From an uncultured Gemmatimonadales bacterium (GTDB lineage: Bacteria; Gemmatimonadota; Gemmatimonadetes; Gemmatimonadales; Gemmatimonadaceae), in the NCBI GenBank assembly GCA_963701965.1, contig OY969695.1:992001-1056000 (forward strand): a stretch of 64,000 bases of DNA, read 5' to 3'. Below the pieces are notes generated by a model that was not told the DNA's origin, ran no database searches, and saw only the letters and a program-made list of their open reading frames with translations. The translations under genes and the position numbers were made by a program. The first letter of the stretch is position 1. Each line of letters opens with the position of its first letter. Of this stretch, positions 35,289-45,000 are shown in pieces.

Positions 35289-35600
35289 CTAGTCGAGTGA
35301 CGCCTCCATGCGTCGCAGCACTTGCCGGCCGCGTCGGCGGAGGACCGATCGAGGTTCCCACTGGATATAGTCACGGAGCAGCCGGACGTTGTCGACGCTC
35401 GGGGTCCCGACGATGTACCCGAGTGCCGCCAGGCGCCGGAGGGAGTGCCTGCTGAAGAGGTCCCGCCGGTGCCGGTGTTGATGCCGGCTCCAGAACAGGA
35501 CACCTACCGCGAGCCCTCCCAAGAACCCGAGCGCCGCCAGGCTGGCGCGGTCGCGCCCCCCACCGTCCCGGGTCTCTCTCCGCCTGTTTCTCGTTCTCAT
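35289..35600 (-). CDS. Small membrane hypothetical protein
   Basis: One TM; fills recR-mglB gap with ATGA overlap. Confidence 0.7.
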   Translation of the reverse strand: MRTRNRRRETRDGGGRDRASLAALGFLGGLAVGVLFWSRHQHRHRRDLFSRHSLRRLAALGYIVGTPSVDNVRLLRDYIQWEPRSVLRRRGRQVLRRMEASLD

Positions 35601-36187
35601 GGCATCTCCCGGCGTGCCGAAAGAGCCTGCGCGATAGTGACGCCGTCAGCGTACTCCAGGTCACCGCCCACGGGCAGGCCGCGGGCGATCCGCGAGACAC
35701 GGGCGCCTAGGGGTGCGAGCTGTCTCTGCAGGTACAGCGCCGTCGCCTCGCCCTCCAGACTGGGATTCGTGGCTACGATCACCTCGCGGATACCACCGTT
35801 GGCGACGCGGGTCACGAGTGAGGACACCGTGAGGTCGTCGGGACCGACGCCGTCGAGGGGGGAGAGCCGGCCGCCCAGGACGTGATAGACGCCCCGATAC
35901 TCGCCCGCGCGCTCGATGGCGCCAATATCGGCGGCTTCCTCGACCACGCACACGACGCCGGCCTCGCGCCGGACGTCGAGACAAATGGCGCACACCGGCT
36001 CCTCCGTGAGGTTATAGCAACGGTCGCAGGTGCGGACGCGTTCGGCGAGCGTGACCAAGGCCTCGGCGAGGCGCCGACTCTGGTCGGGGGGGCGCTTCAG
36101 CAGATGATACGTCAGGCGGAGCGCCGTCTTACGGCCGATCCCGGGGAGCTTGGCCAGCTCCATGGTCAAGTCGTCGATCGCGCTCAC
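35597..36187 (-). CDS. recR: Recombination mediator RecR
   Basis: LPGIGRKTA, C4 zinc finger, YHVLGG, EGEATA. Confidence 0.97.
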   Translation of the reverse strand: MSAIDDLTMELAKLPGIGRKTALRLTYHLLKRPPDQSRRLAEALVTLAERVRTCDRCYNLTEEPVCAICLDVRREAGVVCVVEEAADIGAIERAGEYRGVYHVLGGRLSPLDGVGPDDLTVSSLVTRVANGGIREVIVATNPSLEGEATALYLQRQLAPLGARVSRIARGLPVGGDLEYADGVTIAQALSARREMP

Positions 36188-36196
36188 GCGTCGCTG

Positions 36197-36514
36197 TTAG
36201 AGCGGGAGTTGGAAAGGCAGGCCGAGTCCGCCGGTCAGCTTGCCCATCTCCTCCTGGGCCAGCGCGGCTGCCCTGCGTTGGGCATCCGTCATCGCGACCA
36301 AGACCAAGTCTTCGAGCATCTCGACATCGGTTGGCGAGACGACGCTGGGGTCGATCTTGATCGAGCGGATCTGGCCCTTTCCGTCGGCGGTGACCGTGAC
36401 CATCCCGCCGCCGGCCGCGCCTGATACCGTCTTCTGTTGCAGCTCTTCCTGCATCTGTTGGAGCCGGCCCTGCATCTGTTGGGCCTGCTGCAACAATTTC
36501 ATGATATCGGCCAT
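36197..36514 (-). CDS. ybaB: YbaB/EbfC nucleoid-associated protein
   Basis: GGGMVTV, DVEMLEDLV; between dnaX and recR. Confidence 0.93.
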   Translation of the reverse strand: MADIMKLLQQAQQMQGRLQQMQEELQQKTVSGAAGGGMVTVTADGKGQIRSIKIDPSVVSPTDVEMLEDLVLVAMTDAQRRAAALAQEEMGKLTGGLGLPFQLPL

Positions 36515-36560
36515 GCCTGAAAGGTAGTCTGGTTGCGCTGAGTCGATGGCTACTCGATGG

Positions 36561-38201
36561 TTACTCGTCGACCAGATCGAGGTCGAGCGCGTCGATGGCC
36601 GCGCCGAGGAGGGCGTCGCTCCGGCGGAGCCGGGCGACCTGGTCCACCTTCAGCTTTTCGTGCGAGAGCCGCCGCGGAGCGGCCGGTTGATCCGCCGCGG
36701 GCACGGGCACGTCGATCCGCACGTGGGCGACACCGTCGACGAACTCGCCGAGTACGGCCACGAGTTGGTCCTGGCCGCTCTCGATCTTCCGGACATAGAT
36801 CTCGTTCGGCTCCTCGAGGCGGATCGTGAGCACCCCGGCCGCCGAGAGCGAGAGCGGGCGCGCGTGCTCGAGCGAGGCACCGAGCATAGGGGACAGGGCC
36901 CGCACCCGCGTGACGACGTCATTCCAACGCGCGTTGATCGCCCCCGACCCGCCCGTCGGCGCCGCGCTCGGCGCCGCTTTGGCGGGAGGCCCGGGCCGCG
37001 GCGCCGGTGGGTGGGGCCGGGCGGGATCGCCCCCGCTGTCCGGCGGGCGGCGGTCGCCGCCGCCGAGCTCGCGGAGCACGTCCTCCAACGCCACCGAGCG
37101 GTCGAGCAGCGCGAACCGGAGCAACAGCGTCTCCAACAGTAGCTGCTGCTGCCCGCTGCGCCGGAACTGCGGTTCGAGCTCGGTCAGCGCATGCAGCATC
37201 CGCAGGAGGTCGGCCGCGGTGAGCGCCGAACGCCGTTCGGTGAACGCTGAACGCATCCGCTCCGACATCTCCGGCGGGGACGCGCCAAGGATCACGGCCA
37301 GCTGCGCCCGAAGCGTCTCGGCGAACCCCGCCAGAAAGAGCGAAAAGTCGACGCCGAGATCGGCCAGCCGCGCGACGGCCCCGAACACCTCGCCCGCCCG
37401 CCGGCCGGCGATCACATCCAACATGGCGAGATACTCGTCCTCCGCCACGAGGCCGAGGGACTCGCGCACCCGATCCGCGGTGACCGCCGCGTCCGTGCCC
37501 AGCGCCAGGACCTGATCGGTGAGACTCAGCGCATCGCGCATCGACCCATCCGCGGCCCGCGCCAACATGGCGAGCGCATCGGCGTCGGCCGTGAGGCCCT
37601 CCGCGTCCAACACCGTCGCCAGCCGCGCCCGGATCTCGGTGGCCGGGATGCGTTTCAGATCAAAACGCTGCAGGCGACTCAATACCGGCGCCGCCGCCTG
37701 CGCGATCTTCTGCGGCTCCGTCGTCGCGAACACGAACACCACGCGCGGCGGCGGCTCCTCGAGCACCTTGAGCAGCGCGTTCCAGGCCTCGCGCGTCAGC
37801 ATGTGCGCTTCGTCCACGATGTAGACCTTGTAGCGATCGTCCCCCGACGGCGCATACATGGCCCGCTCCCGCAGCTCCCGCGCATCATCGACGCCACGAT
37901 TCGACGCCGCGTCGATCTCCACGACGTCGAGACTGGTGGAGCCACTCCAGATGCGGAGACACGAGGCGCACTCCCCGCACGGCTCGCCGTCGTCCCGGAG
38001 ATGCCGGCGCTCGCAGTTGAGCGCCATGGCCAGGACCCGGGCCAGTGTCGTCTTCCCCGTTCCCCGGGGTCCACAGAACAGGTAGCCGTGCGCGACGCGC
38101 CCGCGGGCGATGGCGCCCTTGAGAGTCGTGGAGACGTGCGACTGCACGGCGACCGAGGCGAACGACTTCGGCCGGTACTTACGCGCCAGAGCGAGGGGCA
38201 T
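36561..38201 (-). CDS. dnaX: DNA polymerase III subunit gamma/tau
   Basis: LARKYRP, GPRGTGKT, EIDAASNRG, DEAHML, GSMRDALS; start ATG 38201. Confidence 0.96.
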   Translation of the reverse strand: MPLALARKYRPKSFASVAVQSHVSTTLKGAIARGRVAHGYLFCGPRGTGKTTLARVLAMALNCERRHLRDDGEPCGECASCLRIWSGSTSLDVVEIDAASNRGVDDARELRERAMYAPSGDDRYKVYIVDEAHMLTREAWNALLKVLEEPPPRVVFVFATTEPQKIAQAAAPVLSRLQRFDLKRIPATEIRARLATVLDAEGLTADADALAMLARAADGSMRDALSLTDQVLALGTDAAVTADRVRESLGLVAEDEYLAMLDVIAGRRAGEVFGAVARLADLGVDFSLFLAGFAETLRAQLAVILGASPPEMSERMRSAFTERRSALTAADLLRMLHALTELEPQFRRSGQQQLLLETLLLRFALLDRSVALEDVLRELGGGDRRPPDSGGDPARPHPPAPRPGPPAKAAPSAAPTGGSGAINARWNDVVTRVRALSPMLGASLEHARPLSLSAAGVLTIRLEEPNEIYVRKIESGQDQLVAVLGEFVDGVAHVRIDVPVPAADQPAAPRRLSHEKLKVDQVARLRRSDALLGAAIDALDLDLVDE

Positions 38202-38220
38202 GTAGGAGGGAGGGGACGTT

Positions 38221-38319
38221 ACCCCAGGCCCGGCGAAGCGACGCAAGACACCACATGCCGCTGCTACCTGCGGGGTCCTGACGGGGTTAGCGGGCTCACG
38301 CCCTCCGTGGACCTGGGGC
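38221..38319 (-). ncRNA. ffs: Signal recognition particle RNA (4.5S)
   Basis: Minus strand CCGTCAGG-ACC-CCGCA-GGT-AGCAGCGG domain IV; terminal stem CCCCAGG/CCTGGGG; canonical position upstream of dnaX. Confidence 0.88.
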
Positions 38320-38331
38320 GTGAGAAACGTA

Positions 38332-39237
38332 CTATTCGACCGCCTCCCACTGCAACCGCCGCACGCGACGCAGCTCGTACACTTGCCCCACTTCGCCGCC
38401 CAGCACGAAGATCGTCGCCGCGTAGTAGATCCAGACGATCGCGATGACGATCACCGCCAGCGTCCCCGTATAGAGCGAGCCCGGGTTGAAATGCCGGAGA
38501 TAGATCGCGAAGACGATCTTGGCCAGCTCGAGCAGGACCGCGGCGAACATGCCGGCGAGCAGCGCCGTCCGTCCGCGGATGAGGCGCTTGGGCAGGAATT
38601 TGTACAGCGAGAAGAACATGGCGGTGAGAAAAAAGAACTCGAACCCTCGCGCCGTCCAATACTCGAGGCGCCCCATCGCCGCCGATCGCACGCCGACGTC
38701 GGCCAGGATCTCGACACCCCGCGTCGTGGCCACGACCATGAACGCGTTGAGCGCCGTGTAGACGATGATGATGAGCGTCGCCACCACCGTGACTTTAATG
38801 TCGAAGATCTTGCCGTCGAGGATCCCCCGATCGTGATCGAGATCGAAGACTTGCGCGAGAACGCTGCGCAGCGATCCGAAGAGGCGGGTGGAGAACCAGA
38901 CGAAGGTGATGGCGCTGGCGATCCCCACCCGGCCGCGGACCCGGATGGCCTCGTTGAGCAATCCCATGACCACGTTGCCCATGTGCCCCGACTCCGGCGG
39001 CAACAGGCGGTCGACGAGGATGGAGACGCGCGACAGCGACGCGGCGGGCGAGAGGTCGAGAAAGTATCCGAGTCCGCTGACGAGGAGCAGGACGAACGGC
39101 ACGGCGGCCAGCAGGATGTTGAACGCGACACCGCTGGCCATGAAGAAGATGTTGTCTTCTCCACTGTTGTTCCAAACGCTCGTGATGTAGTCCCGTAGCG
39201 CCGAATCGCGCCACGCCGCTCGCAGTCCGCGAACCAG
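38332..39237 (-). CDS. YihY/virulence factor BrkB family membrane protein
   Basis: Multiple TMs, YKFLP, YTGTLA, WIYYAATIFVLGGE; start uncertain (in-frame CTG 39237 right after upstream stop, or ATG 39141). Confidence 0.85.
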   Translation of the reverse strand: MVRGLRAAWRDSALRDYITSVWNNSGEDNIFFMASGVAFNILLAAVPFVLLLVSGLGYFLDLSPAASLSRVSILVDRLLPPESGHMGNVVMGLLNEAIRVRGRVGIASAITFVWFSTRLFGSLRSVLAQVFDLDHDRGILDGKIFDIKVTVVATLIIIVYTALNAFMVVATTRGVEILADVGVRSAAMGRLEYWTARGFEFFFLTAMFFSLYKFLPKRLIRGRTALLAGMFAAVLLELAKIVFAIYLRHFNPGSLYTGTLAVIVIAIVWIYYAATIFVLGGEVGQVYELRRVRRLQWEAVE

Positions 39238-39238
39238 G

Positions 39239-39613
39239 TCAGCCCTCGACGGGCTTGGGAACGTCGCGCTTGGACAGGTCGCGCCGGGCCTCGCGCGCCG
39301 CCTGGCGGGCCGCCGCCCGTCCCGCGGCCACCGCATCGGCCATGCGCTGCTTCTTCTCCTCCAGCACCAGCCGCGCCGACTCAATGCGTTGCTCGACGCG
39401 CTCCTTGGTCTCGGCGAACGACCCCGCGGCCGCGTCCTTGGCTTTCTTGACGCGCCGCGTGATATCGCCCCGCATCTCGGCCCCGCTCTTCGGCGCCAAC
39501 AACAGCGCCACTCCGGCGCCAACCGCCAACCCGAGCAGGAACGACCCGACGTCGCTCGAACGCTCCTGGATCACGACGTACGGGTCTTCGTCATCGACAT
39601 CATAGTGTCGCAT
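39239..39613 (-). CDS. YtxH domain protein
   Basis: FLLGLAVGAGVALLLAPKSGAEMR signature. Confidence 0.88.
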   Translation of the reverse strand: MRHYDVDDEDPYVVIQERSSDVGSFLLGLAVGAGVALLLAPKSGAEMRGDITRRVKKAKDAAAGSFAETKERVEQRIESARLVLEEKKQRMADAVAAGRAAARQAAREARRDLSKRDVPKPVEG

Positions 39614-39627
39614 CGGATCATCCGTTG

Positions 39628-41043
39628 TTATTTGGGTTTCTTGCCGTTGGCTTTCTTGGACGCCTTGGCTTCGCCGTTCGGCGACGCGACGTATTCCGCC
39701 AGCTCCGACTGCAGACTGGGCTCACTCTCGCCGAGCATCGTCGCGGCGCGGCCCAGATCGCCATTGGCCGCCGCCCAGGTCTTGAGCACCAGCATCCGCC
39801 GCGCGTCGGCCGTCGTCGTGCCCACGGGGACCACGATCGTGTGGGCCGGCTCCGGCGTGTGGCGCACGTGGCGCGGCATGATCTCGCGCTGCGTGATCAC
39901 CGGGCCGCGCGACATCACCACGGCGCGCTCGACGCTGTTCTTGAGCTCGCGCACGTTCCCCGGCCAGGAGTACCCCACGATCCATTCCATCGCCGCGTCG
40001 TCGAACCCCTGGATCTTCTTGCCGTTCTGCTGGCAGAACCGCGCCAGGAACTCGTTGGCCAGCAGCGGGATGTCGACAATGCGCTCGCGCAGCGGGGGAA
40101 GGGCGATCTCGACGACCGCGAGACGATAATAGAGATCCTCGCGGAGCTCGTTGTCGTTGAGCGCCTGCTGAAGATCCCGGTTGGTCGCGGCTACGATCCG
40201 GATGTCGACCGCGATCTCTTTCTTGCCGCCGAGCCGGCGGACCGTACGCGACTCCAGCGCGCGCAGCAGCTTCACTTGGATGTCGGGCGGCATCTCCGCG
40301 ACCTCGTCGAGAAAGATCGTCCCCGTGGACGCCATCTCGAACGCACCGGGCTTCTCGTTCGTCGATCCGGTGAACGCGCCTTTTTCGTGCCCGAACAACT
40401 CGTTCTCCAGAATCTCCTTGGGCAGCGCGGCGCAGTTGAGGGCGAAGAACGGCCCTTTCGCCCGCTCGCTCTTGCTGTGGACCGCGCGCGCGACCAGCTC
40501 CTTCCCCGTCCCCGACTCCCCGAGGATGAGCACACTCGCCGTCGACGGCGCTACGGCGTCGATGATGCGATAGAGCTCGCGCATCGGCTCCGACTGGCCC
40601 GCCAACTCGGCATAATGCGTGAGGCCTTCCAGCTGCGACGCCAGCTCGCGGTTCCGGAGCTGCATGGCGTGCTTGTCGAGCGCCTTGGGAATCAGCGCTT
40701 TGAGCCGGTTGAGCTTCTCGGTGTTGAGCGGCTTCTCGATATAGTCGTAGGCGCCGCCTTGCATCGCCTCGACGGCCGAGTCGATCGTCGCCTGCCCCGT
40801 AATGATGATGCACTCGGTCTGGATCGCGCGCGCCTGCAGCTCCCGCAAGAGCTCGAGGCCATTGATCTTGGGCATCTTGAGATCGGCCAGCACCAGGCCG
40901 AACCGGTCGCTTTGGAGACGTTCCAGCGCCTGTTGCCCGTCGGCCACCACCTCGACGTCGTAGTCGAGGTCACTCAGGATGGCGCTCAGGCCGCTCGTGA
41001 TCGCGGCCTCGTCATCGGCAATCAATATCTTCGCAAGCGTCAT
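39628..41043 (-). CDS. Sigma-54-dependent response regulator (NtrC family)
   Basis: REC domain; GESGTGKE, ELFGHEKGAFTGS, WPGNVRELKN. Confidence 0.93.
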   Translation of the reverse strand: MTLAKILIADDEAAITSGLSAILSDLDYDVEVVADGQQALERLQSDRFGLVLADLKMPKINGLELLRELQARAIQTECIIITGQATIDSAVEAMQGGAYDYIEKPLNTEKLNRLKALIPKALDKHAMQLRNRELASQLEGLTHYAELAGQSEPMRELYRIIDAVAPSTASVLILGESGTGKELVARAVHSKSERAKGPFFALNCAALPKEILENELFGHEKGAFTGSTNEKPGAFEMASTGTIFLDEVAEMPPDIQVKLLRALESRTVRRLGGKKEIAVDIRIVAATNRDLQQALNDNELREDLYYRLAVVEIALPPLRERIVDIPLLANEFLARFCQQNGKKIQGFDDAAMEWIVGYSWPGNVRELKNSVERAVVMSRGPVITQREIMPRHVRHTPEPAHTIVVPVGTTTADARRMLVLKTWAAANGDLGRAATMLGESEPSLQSELAEYVASPNGEAKASKKANGKKPK

Positions 41044-41636
41044 GCGGCTGGGGACACTGGGGGAAAGATGAGAGAGACATGATCCGGCGCGGCATGCACC
41101 GTGATACCCGCGCCCTCGGCGATCCTGCTCACCGCGGCCGGAAGCCCGGCGCCCTCGATCCGGACGGCGGTCGCGTCATCGCGTAGACTCACAATAACGT
41201 GGGAGACCGTGCCCGCGCCCAAAGTCGTCAACGCGGCGGCGAGGCTGAGGCGGACGACATCCCCCGCGACACTCGTGGCCTGCCCAACGCCCGCCAGCTC
41301 GATCCGGCAACGAGCAGCCTCAGCTATGGGGATCAGATGGTCGAGTACAGCGCGCGGATCGACCGGGTTGGGCACCGGGCGGGCCAGCCACAGCACACTC
41401 TGCAGGAGCCGCGTCGCGGCGTCGAGGTGCTCCGCGGCGCGATCGGCGAAAGGCGCCACGCGCTCGAGCGCCCAGCCATCCGCCGGCGACGCGGAAGCGA
41501 CGCGCGTCTGCACGACCGCGAGATTCACCGCGACACTGTTCAACGCGTTGTTCACCTCATGCGCCACCGGCGATGCCAGGCGCCCGAGCACATCGAGCCA
41601 CAGCGTCGCCACGGTTGGAGTCGTCGGATCTGTCAT
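41040..41636 (-). CDS. HisKA-containing protein with degenerate ATPase domain (possible phosphotransferase)
   Basis: AHEVNNALNS H-box; no N, D or G boxes; ATGA-coupled to the NtrC-type regulator. Confidence 0.65.
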   Translation of the reverse strand: MTDPTTPTVATLWLDVLGRLASPVAHEVNNALNSVAVNLAVVQTRVASASPADGWALERVAPFADRAAEHLDAATRLLQSVLWLARPVPNPVDPRAVLDHLIPIAEAARCRIELAGVGQATSVAGDVVRLSLAAALTTLGAGTVSHVIVSLRDDATAVRIEGAGLPAAVSRIAEGAGITVHAAPDHVSLIFPPVSPAA

Positions 41637-41671
41637 TCAGGAACCGGGCCGCCTCCCCGAAAAAAATAGCC

Positions 41672-42451
41672 TCAGTCGATGCGCACCGTCAGGCCGTCGA
41701 AGGCCGGCGCGATCCCCCGCGGAAGCTCGGTCTCCAGATCGGCGTGAAAGTTGTCGTGCGTCAGATGCGTGATATACGTCCGCTCGGCGCCGAGCGCCCG
41801 CGCGACATCGATCGCCTCGGGAAAGCTCAGGTGGGTCGGATGTTCGGTGCGGAGCAGCGCGTTGATCACCAACACTTTGGCCCCGGCGAGCACCGCCCGC
41901 GCATCCGGGGGGACGGCCTTGGCGTCGGTGACGTACGCCAGATCGCCGATGCGGTACCCGTAGACCGTCATGTCGCCGTGCGGCAGCGAGACCGGCGTCA
42001 CGTCCACATCGCCGATCCGCACCGTCACAAATGGCTCGAGCGCCCGGGCGTGACCCTTGGGTTTGGACGTGCCCGGCAGCGGTTGGATCGATTCGTCGAA
42101 TACGTAGGCGAACTTGCGCGCCAGCGATGCCAGGGTGGCGGCCGATCCGAACAACGGCAGGGGGCCTTCGCGCCGCACCGAGATCGCCCGCAGGTCATCC
42201 AAGCCGTGCGTGTGGTCGGCGTGATCATGCGTGAACAGCACCGCGTCGATCCGGTCGATGCCGTTGGCGATCAGCTGCACGCGCAGCTCGGGCGGCGTGT
42301 CGATCAGCAGGTGCGTGCCGCGGTCCGTCTCCACGACCGCCCCAACCCGCGTGCGCCGGTCGCGGGGATCGGGGGACCGGCACACCGGGCAGTGGCAGCC
42401 GACCATCGGCACCCCGAAACTGGTCCCGGTGCCGAGAAACGTCAGCTTCAC
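41672..42451 (-). CDS. MBL-fold metallo-hydrolase (PhnP/YycJ-like)
   Basis: LGTGTSFGVP, CHCPVC, THDHADHTHG; GTG start overlapping pyk stop. Confidence 0.9.
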   Translation of the reverse strand: MKLTFLGTGTSFGVPMVGCHCPVCRSPDPRDRRTRVGAVVETDRGTHLLIDTPPELRVQLIANGIDRIDAVLFTHDHADHTHGLDDLRAISVRREGPLPLFGSAATLASLARKFAYVFDESIQPLPGTSKPKGHARALEPFVTVRIGDVDVTPVSLPHGDMTVYGYRIGDLAYVTDAKAVPPDARAVLAGAKVLVINALLRTEHPTHLSFPEAIDVARALGAERTYITHLTHDNFHADLETELPRGIAPAFDGLTVRID

Positions 42452-43929
42452 ACCGTTTCGACCTTGAGCAGGTTCGTGGTCCCGGGCACGTCGAACGGCA
42501 CGCCGGCGGTCACCAGTACGCGATCTCCGCGCCGCGCGAGATTGCGGTCGACGGCGGTCTGGCGGGCCAACGCGACCATGGCGTCGTACTCCTCGCAGTG
42601 GGCCGCGTGGTGGGGGACGACGCCCCACACCAGGGCCAGCTGGCGGTAGGTCCGGGCCATGTCCGTCAACGCCAGGATCGGCACTTTGGGGCGGTGGGAG
42701 GCGACGACCCGGGCGCTGAACCCGCTCTTGGTGAGCACGATGACGAGGGGCGTGGCGATCATGCGCGCCGCGGCCACGGTGGCGGCGGCGATCGCCTCCT
42801 CCGTGGTCAGGGTCGTGCCGGGCTCGCGCCGTTCCTCATCCCGGGCCCGGCCCGGTGGGGGATGACTCTCGACCTCGCAGATGATGCGGCGCATGGCTTC
42901 CACCGCCAATCGCGGAAACGCGCCGGCGGCCGTCTCTGCGGACAGCATGACGGCGTCCGTCCCATCGAGGATCGCGTTGGCGACGTCGCTGGCTTCCGCG
43001 CGCGTGGGGCGCGCGTGCTCGACCATCGACTCCAGCATCTGCGTGGCGGTGATGACCGGCCGGCCCAGGCGGTTGGCCAGGCGAATGATCCGCTTCTGGG
43101 CGATCGGCACTTCCTCGAACGGCAACTCGACGCCAAGATCCCCGCGCGCGACCATCACGCCATCGGAGGCGAGCAGGATCGACTCGATGTTGGCGAGCGC
43201 GACGTCTTTTTCGATTTTCGCGATCACCGGAAGCCATCGCGGGATCATCGCCCGCAGCTCGGCGATGTCCTTGGGCTCGCGCACGAAGCTGAGCGCGAGG
43301 TAGTCCATGCCGTGTTCCACCGCGAAGGCGATGTCGGAGCGGTCCTTCTCCGTGATCGAGGGCGCCGAGACGCGGACGCCGGGTAGGTTCATGCCCTTGT
43401 GGCTCTTGAGCGGGCCGCCGTGCACCACGCGGGCCTGGACGCGCGGCGCGCGGACGTCGAGCACCATCAGCTCAATGAGGCCGTCGTCGATCAGGATGCG
43501 GTCGCCGGCATGCACGTCGCTCGCCAGCGCATCATAGGTAATAGGGATCTCGGCGACGCTCCGCGTCGCGAGATCCGGGGTCGGTTGGACAGATCCCGGC
43601 TGCGCCGAGATCTCGCCACTGTGCACCTGCGGCTCGGGCACGAGCACGACATCGGCGCCCGTCTCCAGCAGCCGCGGCGCCGACAGTTCGCCGATGCGAA
43701 TGCGCGGGCCTTGGAGATCGCCGAGGATGGCGACCGGCAGTCCCCGGGCGTCGGCGGCTCGGCGCACGCGGGTGATCGTCTCCAGATGTTCCGCTTGGGT
43801 GCCGTGCGAGAAGTTGATGCGGGCGACGTTCATTCCGGCGTCGAGCAGGTCGCCGATCGCCGATTCCGTGCTGCTCGCGGGCCCGAGCGTACAGACGATT
43901 TTTGTGCGAGGATAACTGGAAGTGGGCAC
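42448..43929 (-). CDS. pyk: Pyruvate kinase with in-frame 21-aa repeat insertion in the B domain
   Basis: RTKIVCTLGP, RINFSHG, IAKIE, MVARGDLG, TQMLESM, DAVMLSAETA; GTG start 43929. Confidence 0.96.
   Translation of the reverse strand: MPTSSYPRTKIVCTLGPASSTESAIGDLLDAGMNVARINFSHGTQAEHLETITRVRRAADARGLPVAILGDLQGPRIRIGELSAPRLLETGADVVLVPEPQVHSGEISAQPGSVQPTPDLATRSVAEIPITYDALASDVHAGDRILIDDGLIELMVLDVRAPRVQARVVHGGPLKSHKGMNLPGVRVSAPSITEKDRSDIAFAVEHGMDYLALSFVREPKDIAELRAMIPRWLPVIAKIEKDVALANIESILLASDGVMVARGDLGVELPFEEVPIAQKRIIRLANRLGRPVITATQMLESMVEHARPTRAEASDVANAILDGTDAVMLSAETAAGAFPRLAVEAMRRIICEVESHPPPGRARDEERREPGTTLTTEEAIAAATVAAARMIATPLVIVLTKSGFSARVVASHRPKVPILALTDMARTYRQLALVWGVVPHHAAHCEEYDAMVALARQTAVDRNLARRGDRVLVTAGVPFDVPGTTNLLKVETV
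43546..43612 (-). repeat. 63-bp GATC-bounded palindromic element, copy 4
   Basis: Minus strand GATCTCGGCGCAGCCGGGATCTGTCCAACCGACCCCGGATCTCGCGACGCGGAGCGTCGCCGAGATC. Confidence 0.95.
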
Positions 43930-44052
43930 CGCCGTTGAACTTAAACGGTGCGCCACCGTTTCGCAGGCGGTCGAGACCGTCACACACCGTAACCCGTCGT
44001 TAACGCCAAGCGATGCTCCGGCGTCTGCCCCTCGACTCTGACGGGAGGCAGC

Positions 44053-44928
44053 ATGTCGTACCTTCGGTTGATGGCGGTGTTCGGCACGGCGGCGGTGATC
44101 GCGGCCCTGGCCGGATGTTCCAGTAGCAGTGACGTAGTCTCACCCGGCGGATCGTCGCCGGTCAGCAATGCGCAGGTCTCGAACGACATGGCGACGGTCA
44201 CGGCGCCCGACGCCGCCGGTGACGTGTCGGACTTCGCCAGCGAGGGCAACAACGGCACGACCTTCAGCGTCGTGAGCGGACGCGCCGGCGGCCTTTCGGC
44301 GGCGGCCGTCACTTGTGGGCCGACGACCACGATCAATGTCGAATACGTCTACGGGAAGGACAACCAAGACACGGTCGACTTCAACCGCACGCGCGAGTGG
44401 TTCGCGGGCGGAGCGTGCGCGACGGCGTTCAGCCCGTCCGTCGACTCCGTGGAGTACGTCGGCACATGGCTCGAGCATCTCGCGGGCGCGAACGCCAAGT
44501 GGTCGGTCCGCGCCAACCGCGTGCGCCACGCGGCCGTGTTCGGCGCGCCGTCGCTCGACTCGGCGACATCGCACGTCTGGAACGCCAATGCGCTGGTCAA
44601 TGACACGGTGCAGGTCATGGGATCGGTCAATACCCGCGACTACACCGGCGTGGCCTACGATACGGCGACCGCGATCACGTTCAATCATCCGCGCAACGGC
44701 GACCGGTATCCGGAGAGCGGCACGTGGACGCGGTGGGCGACGTGGACCCTCAATGTCACGGGCGCCAAGACCGAGACCAAGACCGTGTCCCGCCACATCG
44801 TCGTGACGTTCTCGGGCGGCAGCAACGACGCCCAGCTCCAGATCTATGACATCGCCACCAATACCGTGGCGCTGACGTGCACCATCGATCTGCTGGCGCA
44901 CGAGATCGTGCCCGGGTCCTGTCATTGA
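44053..44928 (+). CDS. Hypothetical beta-rich lipoprotein
   Basis: GGAGG RBS; lipobox LAG-C; followed by terminator. Confidence 0.8.
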   Translation: MSYLRLMAVFGTAAVIAALAGCSSSSDVVSPGGSSPVSNAQVSNDMATVTAPDAAGDVSDFASEGNNGTTFSVVSGRAGGLSAAAVTCGPTTTINVEYVYGKDNQDTVDFNRTREWFAGGACATAFSPSVDSVEYVGTWLEHLAGANAKWSVRANRVRHAAVFGAPSLDSATSHVWNANALVNDTVQVMGSVNTRDYTGVAYDTATAITFNHPRNGDRYPESGTWTRWATWTLNVTGAKTETKTVSRHIVVTFSGGSNDAQLQIYDIATNTVALTCTIDLLAHEIVPGSCH

Positions 44929-44930
44929 CC

Positions 44931-44973
44931 ACAAAAAAAGCTCCCCCTGCTAACGCAGGGGGAGTCTTTTTGT
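44931..44973. terminator. Bidirectional rho-independent terminator
   Basis: A-tract, CTCCCCCTGC-TAAC-GCAGGGGGAG stem-loop, T-tract, between convergent genes. Confidence 0.9.
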
Positions 44974-45000
44974 CGCGGTTCCGCGCAGTCTCGGTGAAAC

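Noticed and set aside
36561..38201. Programmed frameshift site in dnaX (gamma/tau)
   Set aside because: No A-AAA-AAG or poly-A slippage tract was seen on the coding strand.
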